The position numbers were made by a program, and so were the translations under genes. Below the pieces are notes generated by a model that saw only the letters and a program-made list of their open reading frames with translations, ran no database searches and was not told the origin of the DNA. A DNA stretch of 64,000 nucleotides. It comes from an uncultured Thermus sp. (GTDB taxonomy: Bacteria > Deinococcota > Deinococci > Deinococcales > Thermaceae). This document shows, piece after piece, positions 9,395 through 19,646 of the stretch. The stretch lies in NCBI GenBank assembly GCA_947085095.1, contig CAMTVD010000013.1, positions 32,001 through 96,000 on the forward strand, read 5' to 3'. Every line of letters begins with the position of its first letter. The first letter of the stretch is position 1.

Positions 9395-10911
9395 AGCTCA
9401 GGTTTGGCCGCCTCCTTGGGGAGGCTTTCCCCCTCCAGGAAGCGCAGGGCGTAGAGGCGGGCCATCTCCCCGTAGGCCTCCCTCATGGCCATGAGGGCGT
9501 GGACGCTCACGGCGTCGGCGAGGCGCCTCAGGGCCTCCTTGGCGTGCCAGGGGCCCTCCTCCTCCAGGCGTTTCAGGGCCCCCTCGGCTGCCTTCAGGGC
9601 CACGGGGGTTTCCTTGAGCATCTCCAGGAGGGGCTCGTGGGCCCGCTTCTTGGCCATGGCCTCCAGCATGTCCAGGGCCTGGATGTTGGCGGGGCCTTCC
9701 CAGATGGGGGTGATCAGGGCCTCCCGGTGCCAGCGGGCCACCCCGTACTCCTCCAGGAAGCCCAGCCCCCCGAAGAGCTCCATGGCGAGCCCGGTGATTT
9801 GGGCGGCGTGCTCGGCGGTGCGGCCCTTGGCCAGGTGGGAGAGGAGGCGGGCCAGGTGGTAGCCCGGGGAGTAGGGGGGCCTTTCCTCCCAGACCCGGTC
9901 AAACTGGGCCACGGCCAAAAAGGCCAGGGCGGTGCCCGCCACCTGCCTCAGGCGCATCTCCAAAAGGTCGTGCTGGATGAGGTCGTGCTCCAGGAGCCTC
10001 TTGCCGAAGGCCGTGCGGCGGCGCACCCGGAAGAGGGCCTCGAGGTGGGCCTTCTTGGCGAGGCCCATGGCGGCCACGGCGTTGGCCAGGCGGGAGACCG
10101 TGAGGTTTTCCAGGGTGTAGTAGATCCCCTCCTCCAGGCGGCCGATGGGGTAGGCCAGGCTACCCTGAAGCTCCACCTCCCCCGAGGGCACGGCCCGGGT
10201 GGCCAGCTTCTCCTTGAAGCGGCGCACGGTGAAGTTGAGCCTCCCCTCCACCTCCCGGGGAAGGAGGAAGAGGCCAAGCCCCTTGGCCCCATCCGGGGCC
10301 CCTTCCGGCCTGGCGGTGACGATGGCCCAGTCGGCGAGGCCCGCCCCGGAGGCGAAGTACTTGTCCCCCCCGTAGAGGCGGAAGGCCCCGCCCTCCCGCC
10401 TGGCCAGGGTGCGGTTCGCCCCCAGGTCGCTTCCTCCCTGGATCTCCGTCATCCAGGTGGCCCCAAAGGCCTTGCCGTAGAGGAGGTCCCGCTTCACCCC
10501 TTCCCACTCGGGGGCGTACTTGTGGAGGGCGTAGGCCACCTGGTGGGTGATGGTGAGGATGCAGTAAAGCCCCCCGTCCGCCAGGAGGTAGCCCATGGCG
10601 TAGTGGAGGGGCCAGCCCCGGCCCTCGTAGGCGGGGCGGACCATGGGCCTCAGCTTCTCCAAAAGTTCCCTCTGGGCCGGGGAGATCCAGGCCCGGTCTA
10701 TGCGGTTCCCGTCCAGGTCGTGCATCTGCAGGCGGGGCGGGGAGAGGGTGTCTATGTGGTGGGCCACCTCCAGGACCTCCTCCCCCACCAGCCTGCCAAA
10801 GGCCGAGAGCTCCTCCTGGGGCAGGCCCGGAGCAAAAGTGTCCAAGACCGCTTTCAAGTCCGGGTCTAGGCTGTAGTGGTCCTGGCCCAGGCTGTAGAGG
10901 ATCGCCGCCAT
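9367..10911 (-). CDS. Acyl-CoA dehydrogenase (AidB-like)
   Basis: WMTEIQGGSD, KYFASG, GGLGFLEE, IWEGPANIQALD. Confidence 0.9.
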   Translation of the reverse strand: MAAILYSLGQDHYSLDPDLKAVLDTFAPGLPQEELSAFGRLVGEEVLEVAHHIDTLSPPRLQMHDLDGNRIDRAWISPAQRELLEKLRPMVRPAYEGRGWPLHYAMGYLLADGGLYCILTITHQVAYALHKYAPEWEGVKRDLLYGKAFGATWMTEIQGGSDLGANRTLARREGGAFRLYGGDKYFASGAGLADWAIVTARPEGAPDGAKGLGLFLLPREVEGRLNFTVRRFKEKLATRAVPSGEVELQGSLAYPIGRLEEGIYYTLENLTVSRLANAVAAMGLAKKAHLEALFRVRRRTAFGKRLLEHDLIQHDLLEMRLRQVAGTALAFLAVAQFDRVWEERPPYSPGYHLARLLSHLAKGRTAEHAAQITGLAMELFGGLGFLEEYGVARWHREALITPIWEGPANIQALDMLEAMAKKRAHEPLLEMLKETPVALKAAEGALKRLEEEGPWHAKEALRRLADAVSVHALMAMREAYGEMARLYALRFLEGESLPKEAAKPELYDPWWSLS

Positions 10912-10932
10912 CCTGGCCTCCTTTCTGCCCGC

Positions 10933-10962
10933 AAGCTACCCTTTTCACCCTTTTGCCGTCAA
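10933..10962 (-). promoter_or_regulatory. Putative sigmaA promoter of the acyl-CoA dehydrogenase gene
   Basis: TTGACG-N18-TAGCTT on the minus strand, then AAGGAGG and ATG. Confidence 0.55.
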
Positions 10963-10996
10963 GGGCGTTTCCCAGGCCAGGCGGTAGAGTAAGGGG

Positions 10997-12481
10997 GTGC
11001 TGGAGGGGTTCTACCTGCGCTTCGGGGAGGGCATCTCCGAGGCGGGCAACCGGGAGGCCCTGGCCCTGGCCCAGGCCCTTTTAGCAAATCCCCCCAGTGG
11101 CCTCCTGGACGCGGTGCCCGCCTACGGCACCCTCTACCTGGAGTACGACCCCAGGCGGCTTCCCCGGAGGAAGCTTCTTCGCCGCCTCCAAGCCTTGCCC
11201 CTTGGGGAGGTGGAGGAGGGGAGGGTGGTGGAAATCCCCGTGCGCTACGACGGGGAGGACCTTCCGGAGGTGGCCTTGCGCACGGGCCTCTCCCTGGAGG
11301 CGGTGAAGGCCCTCCACCAGAAGCCCCTCTACCGGGTCTACGCCCTGGGCTTCACCCCGGGGTTTCCCTTCATGGCCCCGGTGGCGGAGGCCCTGCGCCT
11401 TCCCCGAAGGCCCCACCCCAGGCCCAAGGTGCCCGCCCACAGCGTGGCGGTGGCGGGGGCGCAGACGGGCATCTACCCCCTGCCCTCCCCGGGGGGGTGG
11501 AACCTCTTGGGGACCGCCCTCCTCGCCGTCTACGACCCCCACCGCGCTGAACCCTTCCTCCTCCGCCCCGGGGACCGGGTCCGCTTCCGGGAGGCCGAGG
11601 GGCCCACGCCAGAGGAGCCCTCTCCCTTGGAGCTCCTCCCCCAAAAGCCCAGGCTTCCCGCCATCAGGGTGGAGGAGCCCGGGCTTTTGGACCTGGTGGT
11701 GGATGAGGGGAGGTTTTTGGCGGGGCGGTTTGGCCTGGCCCGCTCGGGGCCTCTAGACCCCTACTCGGCCCGGGTGGCCAACCGCCTGGTGGGGAACCCT
11801 CCCCATGCCCCCCTTCTGGAGGTGAGCCTAAAAGGCCCCGTCCTCACTGCCCTGAGGCCTCTGGTGGCGGCCTTCGCGGGGTTTGGGCTTCGGGTGGAGG
11901 TGGAGGGGGAGGAGATGCCTCCGGGGCGGAGCTTTTTCTGGCCCCAGGGCAAGGCGCTCCGCTTCCTTCCCAAGGGCCAGGGGGTGCGGGGGTACCTGGC
12001 GGTGGCGGGGGGCCTTCAGGCCACCCCCTTCCTGGGCTCCGTCTCCCCGGACCTCCGGGGGCGGATTGGAAGGCCCCTCGGGGCGGGGGATGTTTTGGGC
12101 CTCCAGGAGGAGCGCCCCGTCCGCCCGGGCCTGGCCTTTCCCCTAAGGCCCCTCCCCCAGGTCCTCACCCTCCGCCTCCTCCCCGGGCCCCAGTTCTCCC
12201 CAGAGGCCTTCCAGGCCCTTCTCCGGGGGGCCTTCCGGGTGGCGCGGGCGGACAGGATGGGCCTGGAGCTGGAAGGCCCCGGGGTCCCTGGGGGAGAGGG
12301 GCTTTCCGAGCCCACCCCTCTGGGCGGGGTCCAGGTGCCCCCCTCGGGAAGGCCTTTGGTCCTGCTAGCGGACAAGGGAAGCCTGGGGGGCTACGCGAAG
12401 CCCGCCATCGTGGACCCCCGGGACCTCTGGCTTTTAGGCCAGGCCTGGCCGGGGGCCTGGGTACGCTTTAGGGCTCCCTAA
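10997..12481 (+). CDS. pxpBC: 5-oxoprolinase PxpB-PxpC fusion (allophanate hydrolase/KipI-KipA-like)
   Basis: [41 protein letters not shown]. Confidence 0.88.
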   Translation: MLEGFYLRFGEGISEAGNREALALAQALLANPPSGLLDAVPAYGTLYLEYDPRRLPRRKLLRRLQALPLGEVEEGRVVEIPVRYDGEDLPEVALRTGLSLEAVKALHQKPLYRVYALGFTPGFPFMAPVAEALRLPRRPHPRPKVPAHSVAVAGAQTGIYPLPSPGGWNLLGTALLAVYDPHRAEPFLLRPGDRVRFREAEGPTPEEPSPLELLPQKPRLPAIRVEEPGLLDLVVDEGRFLAGRFGLARSGPLDPYSARVANRLVGNPPHAPLLEVSLKGPVLTALRPLVAAFAGFGLRVEVEGEEMPPGRSFFWPQGKALRFLPKGQGVRGYLAVAGGLQATPFLGSVSPDLRGRIGRPLGAGDVLGLQEERPVRPGLAFPLRPLPQVLTLRLLPGPQFSPEAFQALLRGAFRVARADRMGLELEGPGVPGGEGLSEPTPLGGVQVPPSGRPLVLLADKGSLGGYAKPAIVDPRDLWLLGQAWPGAWVRFRAP

Positions 12482-14396
12482 GGGCCTTCAGGGCCTCCTC
12501 CAGGCTCTGGGCGGGAAGGCGGCAGGCTCCTTGGCGGCAGGGGTAGAGGAGGCCAGGCTCCCTTCCCTCCAGGGCGGGCAGGGCCCCCGCCGGCCCCAGG
12601 ACCAGCTGGGTGAGGGGCAGGTGGAGGGCTTGGACCTCCCGGAGAAAGGGGGAGGGGAGGGGGACGGCCAGCTCGCTCCCTTCTCTCAGGAGGCGGTGCA
12701 CCAGGAGGAAGCCGGGAAAGGCCTGGGGGTGGCGGGCCAGGAAGTGGGCCTGGCGTTCCAGGAGGGCCTCCGCCCTCTCGTGGTGGGTGGGGCCGAAGAG
12801 GCTTCCCAGGCGCCAGAAGGCCTCGGCCAGGGCGCTTTCCCCCGAGGGCAGGGCCCCCTCCTCCAGCGCCTTGGCGGGGAGGGGAAGCCCCCCTTCTGGG
12901 GTTTGCGCCAGCTCCCACCCCGCCTCCGCCAGGCGCTGGGCCTGTTCCAGGTACGGCCATTCCCCGGTGGCGGTGTAGAGCTCCAGCAGGGCCAGGGCGG
13001 CGAAGCTCTGGTCGGCCAGGTAGGCCTCCTCCCCCAGGGCCCCTTCCCGCCAGGTGTGGCGCAAAACCCCCTTCTTGGTCATGCGGAGGAGGAGGAAGTG
13101 GGCCCCCTTGCGGGCGGCCTCCAGATAGCGGGCCTCTCCAAGGAGCCTCCCCGCCTCCGCCAGGGCCCGCACCGCCAGGGCTGACCAGTCGGAAAGGACC
13201 TTGTCGTCCAGGGCCGGGGGGATGCGCTTGCGCCTGGCGGAAAGAAGCCTCTGCCGCACCCGTTCCCGCCAGGGGGCGAACCCTTCCCCCAGTTCCCGCT
13301 TCAGCGCCTCCTCCCCCCAGGCGGTGAGGACCGAGCGGCCCAGGAGGTCCTCCCCCAGGGCGAAGTAGCGGCGGGCCAGGGGGAAGTCCTCCCCCAGGGC
13401 CTCTTTGAGCTCCTCCTCCGTCCAGGTGTAGTAGCGCCCCTCCTCCCCCTCGCTTTCCGCGTCCAGGGCGGTGAAGAACCCCCCTTCCTTGTGCTGCATG
13501 GAAAGGAGCCAGTCCAGGGTTTCCCGGGCCACCCGCAGGAAGAGGGGGTCTTTCAGGACCCGGTGGGCCCCCAGGTAGACCCGGGCGAGAAGGGCGTTGT
13601 CGTAGAGCATCTTCTCAAAGTGGGGTACCCGCCAGTAGCGGTCCACGGCGTAGCGGTGGAACCCCCCGCCCACCTGGTCGTAGACCCCGCCCAGGGCCAT
13701 GGCGGTGAGGGTTTTCCGGAGCATGGCCCTGGGAGCCTCCTCCCCCCGCCAGGCCCGGGCCAGGAGGTAGAGGAGGAGGGGCCCCTGGGGGAACTTGGGG
13801 GCGGGGAGGAAGCCCCCCCATTCCGGGTCAAAGGAGCGGGAGAGGGCGTTTAGGGCCCGTTCCTCCACGTCCTGGGGGATGGGGCTTGGAGGGGGGCTAA
13901 GGCTTCGCCAGAGGGCCTTGGCGAGCCTCTCCGCCTCCTCCTCTAGGGCCGCTCGCTCCTCCCGCCAGGCCCTTTCCACGGCCAGGAGGACCCGCTTGAA
14001 CCCGGGGAGGTTTCCCCGGTCCTCCTTGGGGAAGTAGGTGCCCCCGAAGAAGGGCTTGCCCTCCGGGGTGAGGAAGAGGCTCATGGGCCAGCCTCCCTGG
14101 CCGGTGAGGCTCACGAGGGCCCGCATGTAGGCGGCGTCCACATCGGGGCGCTCCTCCCGGTCCACCTTGACGGGCACGAAGTGGGCGTTGAGGAGGGCGG
14201 CCACCTCGGGGTCTTGGAAGGACTCCCGGTGCATCACGTGGCACCAGTGGCAGCTGAAGTAGCCCACGGAGAGGAAGATGAGCTTGTCCTCCCCCTTAGC
14301 CCTGGCAAAGGCCTCCTCCCCAAAGGGGTGCCAGTCCACGGGGTCTTCCGCGTGGGCCAGGAGGTAGGGGCTCTTGGCGTCCTTGAGGCGGTTCAC
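12468..14396 (-). CDS. Thioredoxin-domain protein YyaL/SPATA20 (DUF255)
   Basis: NRL...[30 protein letters not shown]. Confidence 0.92.
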   Translation of the reverse strand: MNRLKDAKSPYLLAHAEDPVDWHPFGEEAFARAKGEDKLIFLSVGYFSCHWCHVMHRESFQDPEVAALLNAHFVPVKVDREERPDVDAAYMRALVSLTGQGGWPMSLFLTPEGKPFFGGTYFPKEDRGNLPGFKRVLLAVERAWREERAALEEEAERLAKALWRSLSPPPSPIPQDVEERALNALSRSFDPEWGGFLPAPKFPQGPLLLYLLARAWRGEEAPRAMLRKTLTAMALGGVYDQVGGGFHRYAVDRYWRVPHFEKMLYDNALLARVYLGAHRVLKDPLFLRVARETLDWLLSMQHKEGGFFTALDAESEGEEGRYYTWTEEELKEALGEDFPLARRYFALGEDLLGRSVLTAWGEEALKRELGEGFAPWRERVRQRLLSARRKRIPPALDDKVLSDWSALAVRALAEAGRLLGEARYLEAARKGAHFLLLRMTKKGVLRHTWREGALGEEAYLADQSFAALALLELYTATGEWPYLEQAQRLAEAGWELAQTPEGGLPLPAKALEEGALPSGESALAEAFWRLGSLFGPTHHERAEALLERQAHFLARHPQAFPGFLLVHRLLREGSELAVPLPSPFLREVQALHLPLTQLVLGPAGALPALEGREPGLLYPCRQGACRLPAQSLEEALKALREP

Positions 14397-14463
14397 CCCC
14401 TAAGCCTACGCCACCGCCCGCTGGGCTTTTGTGAAGGCGGTCGGGCCAGGGTATAAAGGAGGG

Positions 14464-15303
14464 GTGGAGGGGTTTTCCCATCTGGACGAGGCTCTAAGGG
14501 CCTGGCTCCTAGAGGACCTGGGGCATGGGGACCTCACCTCCTCCCTCCTGGTCCCGGAAGCCCTCGAGGGGGAGGCGGTCATCCTGGCCAAGGAGGAGGG
14601 GGTGGTGGCGGGCCTCCCCGTGGCGGGCCGGGTCTTCGCCCTGCTGGACCCAAGGGTGGCCCTCACTCCCCTGGTGGCCGAGGGGGCCTTGGTGGCGAGG
14701 GGGCAGGAGGTGGCTCGGGTGGCGGGGCCCCTGCGGGGCATCCTGGCCGGGGAGAGGCTGGCCCTGAACCTGCTTCAGCGGCTTTCCGGCATCGCCACCC
14801 TGACCCGGGCCTACGTGGAGGTCCTCCGGGGCACCAAGGCCCAGGTCCTGGACACCCGCAAGACCACCCCCGGCCTCCGGGCTTTGGAGAAGTACGCCGT
14901 GCGGGTGGGCGGGGGGAGGAACCACCGCTTCGGCCTCTTTGACGGGATTCTCATCAAAGAGAACCACATCCGGGCGGCGGGGGGGGTCAAGGAGGCGGTG
15001 CAAAGGGCCAGGGCAGGGGCCCCCCACTACCTCAGGGTGGAGGTGGAGGTGACGAGCCTCAGCGAGCTGGAGGAGGCCCTGGAGGCGGGGGCGGACCTCG
15101 TCCTCCTGGACAACTTTTCCTTGGAGGATATCCGCGAGGCGGTGCGCCGGGTAGGGGGGAGGGTGCCCCTCGAGGCCAGCGGCAACATGACCCTGGAAAG
15201 GGCCAGGCAGGTGGCGGAGGCCGGGGTGGACTACGTGAGCGTGGGGGCCCTCACCCACTCCGCCAGGGCCCTGGACCTCTCCCTCCTGGTGATCAAGCCA
15301 TGA
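14464..15303 (+). CDS. nadC: Quinolinate phosphoribosyltransferase
   Basis: [33 protein letters not shown]; start uncertain (14431 or 14464). Confidence 0.95.
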   Translation: MEGFSHLDEALRAWLLEDLGHGDLTSSLLVPEALEGEAVILAKEEGVVAGLPVAGRVFALLDPRVALTPLVAEGALVARGQEVARVAGPLRGILAGERLALNLLQRLSGIATLTRAYVEVLRGTKAQVLDTRKTTPGLRALEKYAVRVGGGRNHRFGLFDGILIKENHIRAAGGVKEAVQRARAGAPHYLRVEVEVTSLSELEEALEAGADLVLLDNFSLEDIREAVRRVGGRVPLEASGNMTLERARQVAEAGVDYVSVGALTHSARALDLSLLVIKP

Positions 15304-15331
15304 TGGCATGATGTGCTACCATGGTGGCATG
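15297..15331 (+). promoter_or_regulatory. Putative leaderless promoter and autoregulatory operator of vapBC
   Basis: Clustered palindromes GCCATGATGGC and ACCATGGT; extended -10 TG-C-TACCAT 6 nt before ATG 15329; no SD sequence. Confidence 0.55.
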
Positions 15332-15583
15332 GTGCGGACCCAGGTCCAACTTCCGGAGGAGCAGGTTTCCCGGCTGAAGGCCAAGGCCCTGGAGGAGGGC
15401 ACCTCCCTGGCGGAGCTGGTGCGCCGGGCGGTGGAGCGCTACCTGGCGGAGGAGGAGAACGGCGGCTACCAGGAGCGGGCCCGAAGAGCCCTTCTGGCGG
15501 TGGGGCGCTTCGCCTCCGGGGCACAGGACGTGAGCGAGGCCCACGACCGCCACCTGGACGAGGCCTTCCGTGGTCTTCGTTGA
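15329..15583 (+). CDS. vapB: Antitoxin, CopG/ribbon-helix-helix (VapB-type)
   Basis: MVRTQVQL...SLAELVRRAVERYL RHH pattern; C-terminal DVSEAHDRHL. Confidence 0.85.
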   Translation: MVRTQVQLPEEQVSRLKAKALEEGTSLAELVRRAVERYLAEEENGGYQERARRALLAVGRFASGAQDVSEAHDRHLDEAFRGLR

Positions 15584-15980
15584 CACCTCGGCCCTCTACG
15601 CCCTTTTGGACCGGGATGACGCCCATCACCAGGAGGCGGCCTATACCTTTGCCCACCTCCTTAGGCGAAGGGTTCGCCTCCACACCCACGCCTACGTGGT
15701 GGTGGAAAGCCTGGCCCTGGTCCAAGGGCGGCTGGGGATGGAGGCGGCCAGGGTCCTGGTCCACGACCTCCTGGGGGTGGTGCGGGTGGCCCCGGTGGGC
15801 GAGGGCCTGCACCAGGCGGCCCTCACCGCCACCCTGGCCTCGGGGCGGCGGGACGTGAGCCTGGTGGACTGGACCAGCTTCCTCTACATGCGGCAAAGGG
15901 AGATACAAATGGCCTTCGCCTACGACAACCACTTTTGGGAGCAAGGCTTCAAGCCTGTCCAAGCGGAAGACCATGGATAA
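15570..15980 (+). CDS. vapC: PIN-domain toxin
   Basis: VFVDTSALYAL, VVE, SLVDWTSF, YDNHF; overlaps the antitoxin and nadA. Confidence 0.9.
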   Translation: MVFVDTSALYALLDRDDAHHQEAAYTFAHLLRRRVRLHTHAYVVVESLALVQGRLGMEAARVLVHDLLGVVRVAPVGEGLHQAALTATLASGRRDVSLVDWTSFLYMRQREIQMAFAYDNHFWEQGFKPVQAEDHG

Positions 15981-16896
15981 GGAAACCCTGACCCAAGCGG
16001 TACTGGAACTGAAGCGGGAGCGGAAGGCGGTCATCCTGGCCCACTCCTACCAGCTCCCCGAGGTGCAGGAGGTGGCGGACTTCGTGGGGGACTCCCTGGG
16101 CTTAGCCCGGGAGGCCCAGCGCGCCCGGGCTGAGGTCATCGTTTTCGCCGGGGTCCACTTCATGGCCGAGACCGCGGCCATCCTGAACCCGGAGAAGACC
16201 GTGCTCCTCCCCGACCTCGAGGCGGGCTGCTCCCTGGCCGACAGCATCCGCCCCGAGGACATCCTGGAGTGGAAAAGGGCCCACCCCGAGGGGATCGTGG
16301 TGGCCTACGTGAACACCAAGGCCGAGGTCAAGGCGCTGGCCGACGTGTGCGTCACCTCTGCCAACGCCGTGGAGGTGGTCTTTGGCCTCCCCCCAGATCG
16401 GCCCATCTACTTTGTCCCCGACATGTTCCTGGGGGCCCATGTGGCCCGGGTCACCGGGCGGAGGCTGGACCTCTTCCCCGGGGAGTGCCACGTGCATGCG
16501 GGGATCCGGGAGGAGCACCTGAAGGCCCTGCTGGAGGCCCATCCTGAGGCGGAGTTCCTCATCCACCCCGAGTGCGGCTGCGGCTCGGGCTGCCTCTACC
16601 TGAAGCCCGATGCCAGGATGCTCTCCACCGAGGGGATGGTGCGCCACGCCAAGGCCTCGGAAAAGGAGGCCTTCGTGGTGGCCACCGAGGTGGGCATCCT
16701 CCACCGCCTCAGGAAGGAGGCCCCGGGAAAGGCCTTCTTTCCGGTGAAGCCGGATGCGGTCTGCGAGTACATGAAGCGGATCACCCTGGAAAAGGTCTAC
16801 GCCTCCCTCCGTGACCTGAAGCACGTGGTCCGGGTGCCTGAGGAGGTGGCGGAGAAGGCCAGGCGGGCCCTTCTTGGCATGGTGGCCGTGGGCTAA
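15973..16896 (+). CDS. nadA: Quinolinate synthase
   Basis: ILAHSYQ, GDSL, AGCSLA, YVNT, CHVH, HPEC, CEYMK. Confidence 0.96.
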   Translation: MDKETLTQAVLELKRERKAVILAHSYQLPEVQEVADFVGDSLGLAREAQRARAEVIVFAGVHFMAETAAILNPEKTVLLPDLEAGCSLADSIRPEDILEWKRAHPEGIVVAYVNTKAEVKALADVCVTSANAVEVVFGLPPDRPIYFVPDMFLGAHVARVTGRRLDLFPGECHVHAGIREEHLKALLEAHPEAEFLIHPECGCGSGCLYLKPDARMLSTEGMVRHAKASEKEAFVVATEVGILHRLRKEAPGKAFFPVKPDAVCEYMKRITLEKVYASLRDLKHVVRVPEEVAEKARRALLGMVAVG

Positions 16897-18386
16897 TGGA
16901 GACCCTGGAGACCGATCTCTTGGTTCTGGGGGCAGGGGTGGCCGGGGTCTACGGGGCCCTGGCGGCGGAGGCGGAAGGGGCCAGGGTCCTCCTCCTCAGC
17001 AAGGACCCCCTGCCCTCGGGCTCCACCCCCTGGGCCCAGGGCGGGGTGGCCTTTCCCCTGGACGAGGCCGACCTCGAGGCCCACCTCCTGGACACCCTCC
17101 GGGCCGGGCGGGGCCTGGTGGAGGAAGGGGTGGCCCGCTCCATCCTGGAGGAGGCCCCCCGCCACCTGGAGCGCCTCCTCGCCCTTGGCCTTCCCTTCCA
17201 CCCCGAGCCCACCCGGGAAGGGGGGCATAGCCGCCCCCGGGTCCGCCACCTGGGGGGAGATAGATCTGGCCTCCTCCTCCTGAAAGGCCTCCTCGCCCGC
17301 CTGCAAAGCCCGCTCCTGGAGGGCTACCAGGCGGTGAGCCTCCTCCTTTCGGGGGAACGGGTGGCGGGGGCCTGGGTCCTCTCCCCCAGGGGTCCCCTCC
17401 TGGTGCGGGCCGGGGCGGTCCTGCTGGCCACGGGGGGCTTGGGGCGCCTCTTCCCCGTGACCACCAACCCCAAGGGGGCCACGGGGGACGGGATGGCCCT
17501 GGCCTTTCGGGCGGGGGCCATTCTGAGGGACCTGGAGTTCGTCCAGTTCCACCCCACGGCCCTGCCCGATGGTTCCCTCATCAGCGAGGCCTGCCGGGGG
17601 GAGGGGGCCATCCTCCTCAACGCCCATGGGGAGAGGTTCATGCCCCGCTACGACCCCCTGGGGGAGCTCGCTCCCCGGGACGTGGTGGCCCGGGCGGTCC
17701 ACCGGGAAAGGGAGAGGACGGGCGGGGCCTTCCTGGACCTGAGGCCCATTCCCCACCTGGGGGAGCGCTTCCCCACGGTGGTGGCCTCCGCCCGGGCCCT
17801 GGGCCTGGACCCCTTCCATGAACTCCTCCCCGTGGCCCCCGCCGCCCACTACGCCATGGGCGGGGTCAGGACGGACCTTTTGGGCTTCACCGGGGTGCCG
17901 GGGCTTTACGCCGCCGGGGAGGTGGCCTCCACCGGCTTCCACGGGGCCAACCGCCTGGCCTCCAACAGCCTCCTCGAGGGCCTGGTCATGGGGGAGCGGG
18001 CCGCTCTTGCCGCCCTAGGGGACCTGGCCTTTCCCAAAGGGTGGGAGCCCCTTCCCGCCCTCAGCCTGGACCCAGGGCTTCTTCCCGAGCTACGGGAGGC
18101 CCTGGGCCGGGAGGCGGGAGTGGTGCGGCGGGAGGAGGGCCTGAAGGAGGCCTTAGCCCTGGCCGAAGGCCTGCCCCTCCGGGAGCGCCCGGCCCAAGAA
18201 GTGGGGCGGGAGGAGGTGGAGGCGGGAAGCCTCCTCCTTCTCGCCCGCCTTCTCCTCCGCATGGCCCTCCTCCGGCGGGAAAGCCGGGGAGCCCACTTCC
18301 GGGAGGACTTTCCCGGGGAAGGGGAGGAGGCCTACCACCTCGAGGCCCAGGGCCAGGAGGTGCGCCGGGTGCCCCTTCCGGGCTAA
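16896..18386 (+). CDS. nadB: L-aspartate oxidase
   Basis: GAGVAG, AQGGV, EGGHS, QFHPT, HYAMGG, HGANRLASNSLLE. Confidence 0.95.
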   Translation: METLETDLLVLGAGVAGVYGALAAEAEGARVLLLSKDPLPSGSTPWAQGGVAFPLDEADLEAHLLDTLRAGRGLVEEGVARSILEEAPRHLERLLALGLPFHPEPTREGGHSRPRVRHLGGDRSGLLLLKGLLARLQSPLLEGYQAVSLLLSGERVAGAWVLSPRGPLLVRAGAVLLATGGLGRLFPVTTNPKGATGDGMALAFRAGAILRDLEFVQFHPTALPDGSLISEACRGEGAILLNAHGERFMPRYDPLGELAPRDVVARAVHRERERTGGAFLDLRPIPHLGERFPTVVASARALGLDPFHELLPVAPAAHYAMGGVRTDLLGFTGVPGLYAAGEVASTGFHGANRLASNSLLEGLVMGERAALAALGDLAFPKGWEPLPALSLDPGLLPELREALGREAGVVRREEGLKEALALAEGLPLRERPAQEVGREEVEAGSLLLLARLLLRMALLRRESRGAHFREDFPGEGEEAYHLEAQGQEVRRVPLPG

Positions 18387-19585
18387 AGCCCCTCCACCAC
18401 CATGGCGATCCCCTGGCCCACCCCGATGCACATGGTGGCGAGGCCCCACTGCACCCCCCGCCTCCGCATCTCGTGGACCAAGGTGGTGAGGATCCGGGCC
18501 CCCGAGGCCCCCAGGGGGTGGCCCAGGGCGATGGCCCCGCCGTTGGGGTTGAGCCGATCGTCCTCCGGGTCCAGGCCCCATTCCCTTAAGACCGCCAGGC
18601 TCTGAGCGGCGAAGGCCTCGTTGAGCTCAATGAGGCCGATGTCCTTGAGGCTTAGACCTGCCCTTGCTAAGGCCTTCTTCGTGGCGGGCACCGGGCCGAT
18701 GCCCATGATCCGGGGGGGCACCCCGGCCACGGCCAGGGCCTTGATGCGGGCCAGGGGCCTGAGGCCGTGGGCCTGGGCGTAGGCGTCCGAGACCAGGAGC
18801 ACCGCCGCCGCCCCGTCGTTCAAGGGGCTACTGTTCCCTGCGGTCACCGTTCCCCCTTCCCGGAAAACGGGCCTTAAGGCGGCGAGCCTCTCCAAGGAGG
18901 TGTCCCGCCTGGGCCCCTCGTCCACCTCCACCAGGGCCTCCTCCTTCCCCCTCTTCACAGGCACGGGGACCACCTCCTCCAAAAAGCGTCCCTCGTCCCA
19001 GGCCCGCACCGCCTTCTGGTGGGAGAGGAGGGCGAAGCGGTCCTGCTCTTCCCGGGCGATCCCGTACATCTCCGCCAGGTTCTCCGCCGTCTCCCCCATG
19101 CTCTCCGTGCCGTAGAGGGCCTGCATCCTGGGGTTGACGAAGCGCCAGCCTAAGGTGGTGTCGTACATGACCAGGTTCCCCGTGGGGAAGCCCTTCTCCG
19201 GCTTGGGGAGGGCGTAGGGGGCGCGGGACATGGACTCCACCCCGCTTCCCACGTAGACCTGCCCCTCCCCGGCCCAGATGGCCCGGGCCGCCTGGGCCAC
19301 GGCCTCCAGCCCCGAGCCGCAGAGGCGGTTCACCGTGCACCCCGCCACCTCCACGGGAAAGCCGGAGAGGAGGAGGGCCATGCGGGCCACGTTGCGGTTG
19401 TCCTCCCCCGCCTGGTTGGCGCAGCCGGCGTAGACGTCCTCCACCTCCTCCTTGGGGACCCCGGAGCGCGCCATGAGGGCAGAAAGGACGTGGGCCAGGA
19501 GGTCGTCGGGGCGCACGGAGGAGAGGGCCCCGCCGTGCTTGCCGATGGGGGTCCTAACCGCTTCCACAATCCAGGCTTCGGGCAT
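18383..19585 (-). CDS. paaJ: 3-oxoadipyl-CoA thiolase
   Basis: NQAGEDNRNVARMALL, NRLCGSG, NEAFA, GHPLGASG, MCIGVGQG; start ATG 19585 after AGGAGG. Confidence 0.9.
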   Translation of the reverse strand: MPEAWIVEAVRTPIGKHGGALSSVRPDDLLAHVLSALMARSGVPKEEVEDVYAGCANQAGEDNRNVARMALLLSGFPVEVAGCTVNRLCGSGLEAVAQAARAIWAGEGQVYVGSGVESMSRAPYALPKPEKGFPTGNLVMYDTTLGWRFVNPRMQALYGTESMGETAENLAEMYGIAREEQDRFALLSHQKAVRAWDEGRFLEEVVPVPVKRGKEEALVEVDEGPRRDTSLERLAALRPVFREGGTVTAGNSSPLNDGAAAVLLVSDAYAQAHGLRPLARIKALAVAGVPPRIMGIGPVPATKKALARAGLSLKDIGLIELNEAFAAQSLAVLREWGLDPEDDRLNPNGGAIALGHPLGASGARILTTLVHEMRRRGVQWGLATMCIGVGQGIAMVVEGL

Positions 19586-19595
19586 ACCGCCTCCT

Positions 19596-19642
19596 AACCG
19601 GTCGGTCGGTACCAGCCTAGGGGCTTGGGGCCCCGCCGTCAA
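19596..19642 (-). promoter_or_regulatory. paaJ promoter with PfmR-type operator
   Basis: TTGACG-N17-TAGGCT (19642-19614), then TACCGACCGACCGGTT (19611-19596), one mismatch to the recalled T. thermophilus PfmR consensus TACCGACCGNTNGGTN. Confidence 0.7.
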
Positions 19643-19646
19643 GGCC

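Noticed and set aside
12831..12848. Partial match of the mini-array spacer (GCGCTTTCCCC..GAGG) inside yyaL
   Set aside because: Short, gapped and GC-rich; consistent with chance.
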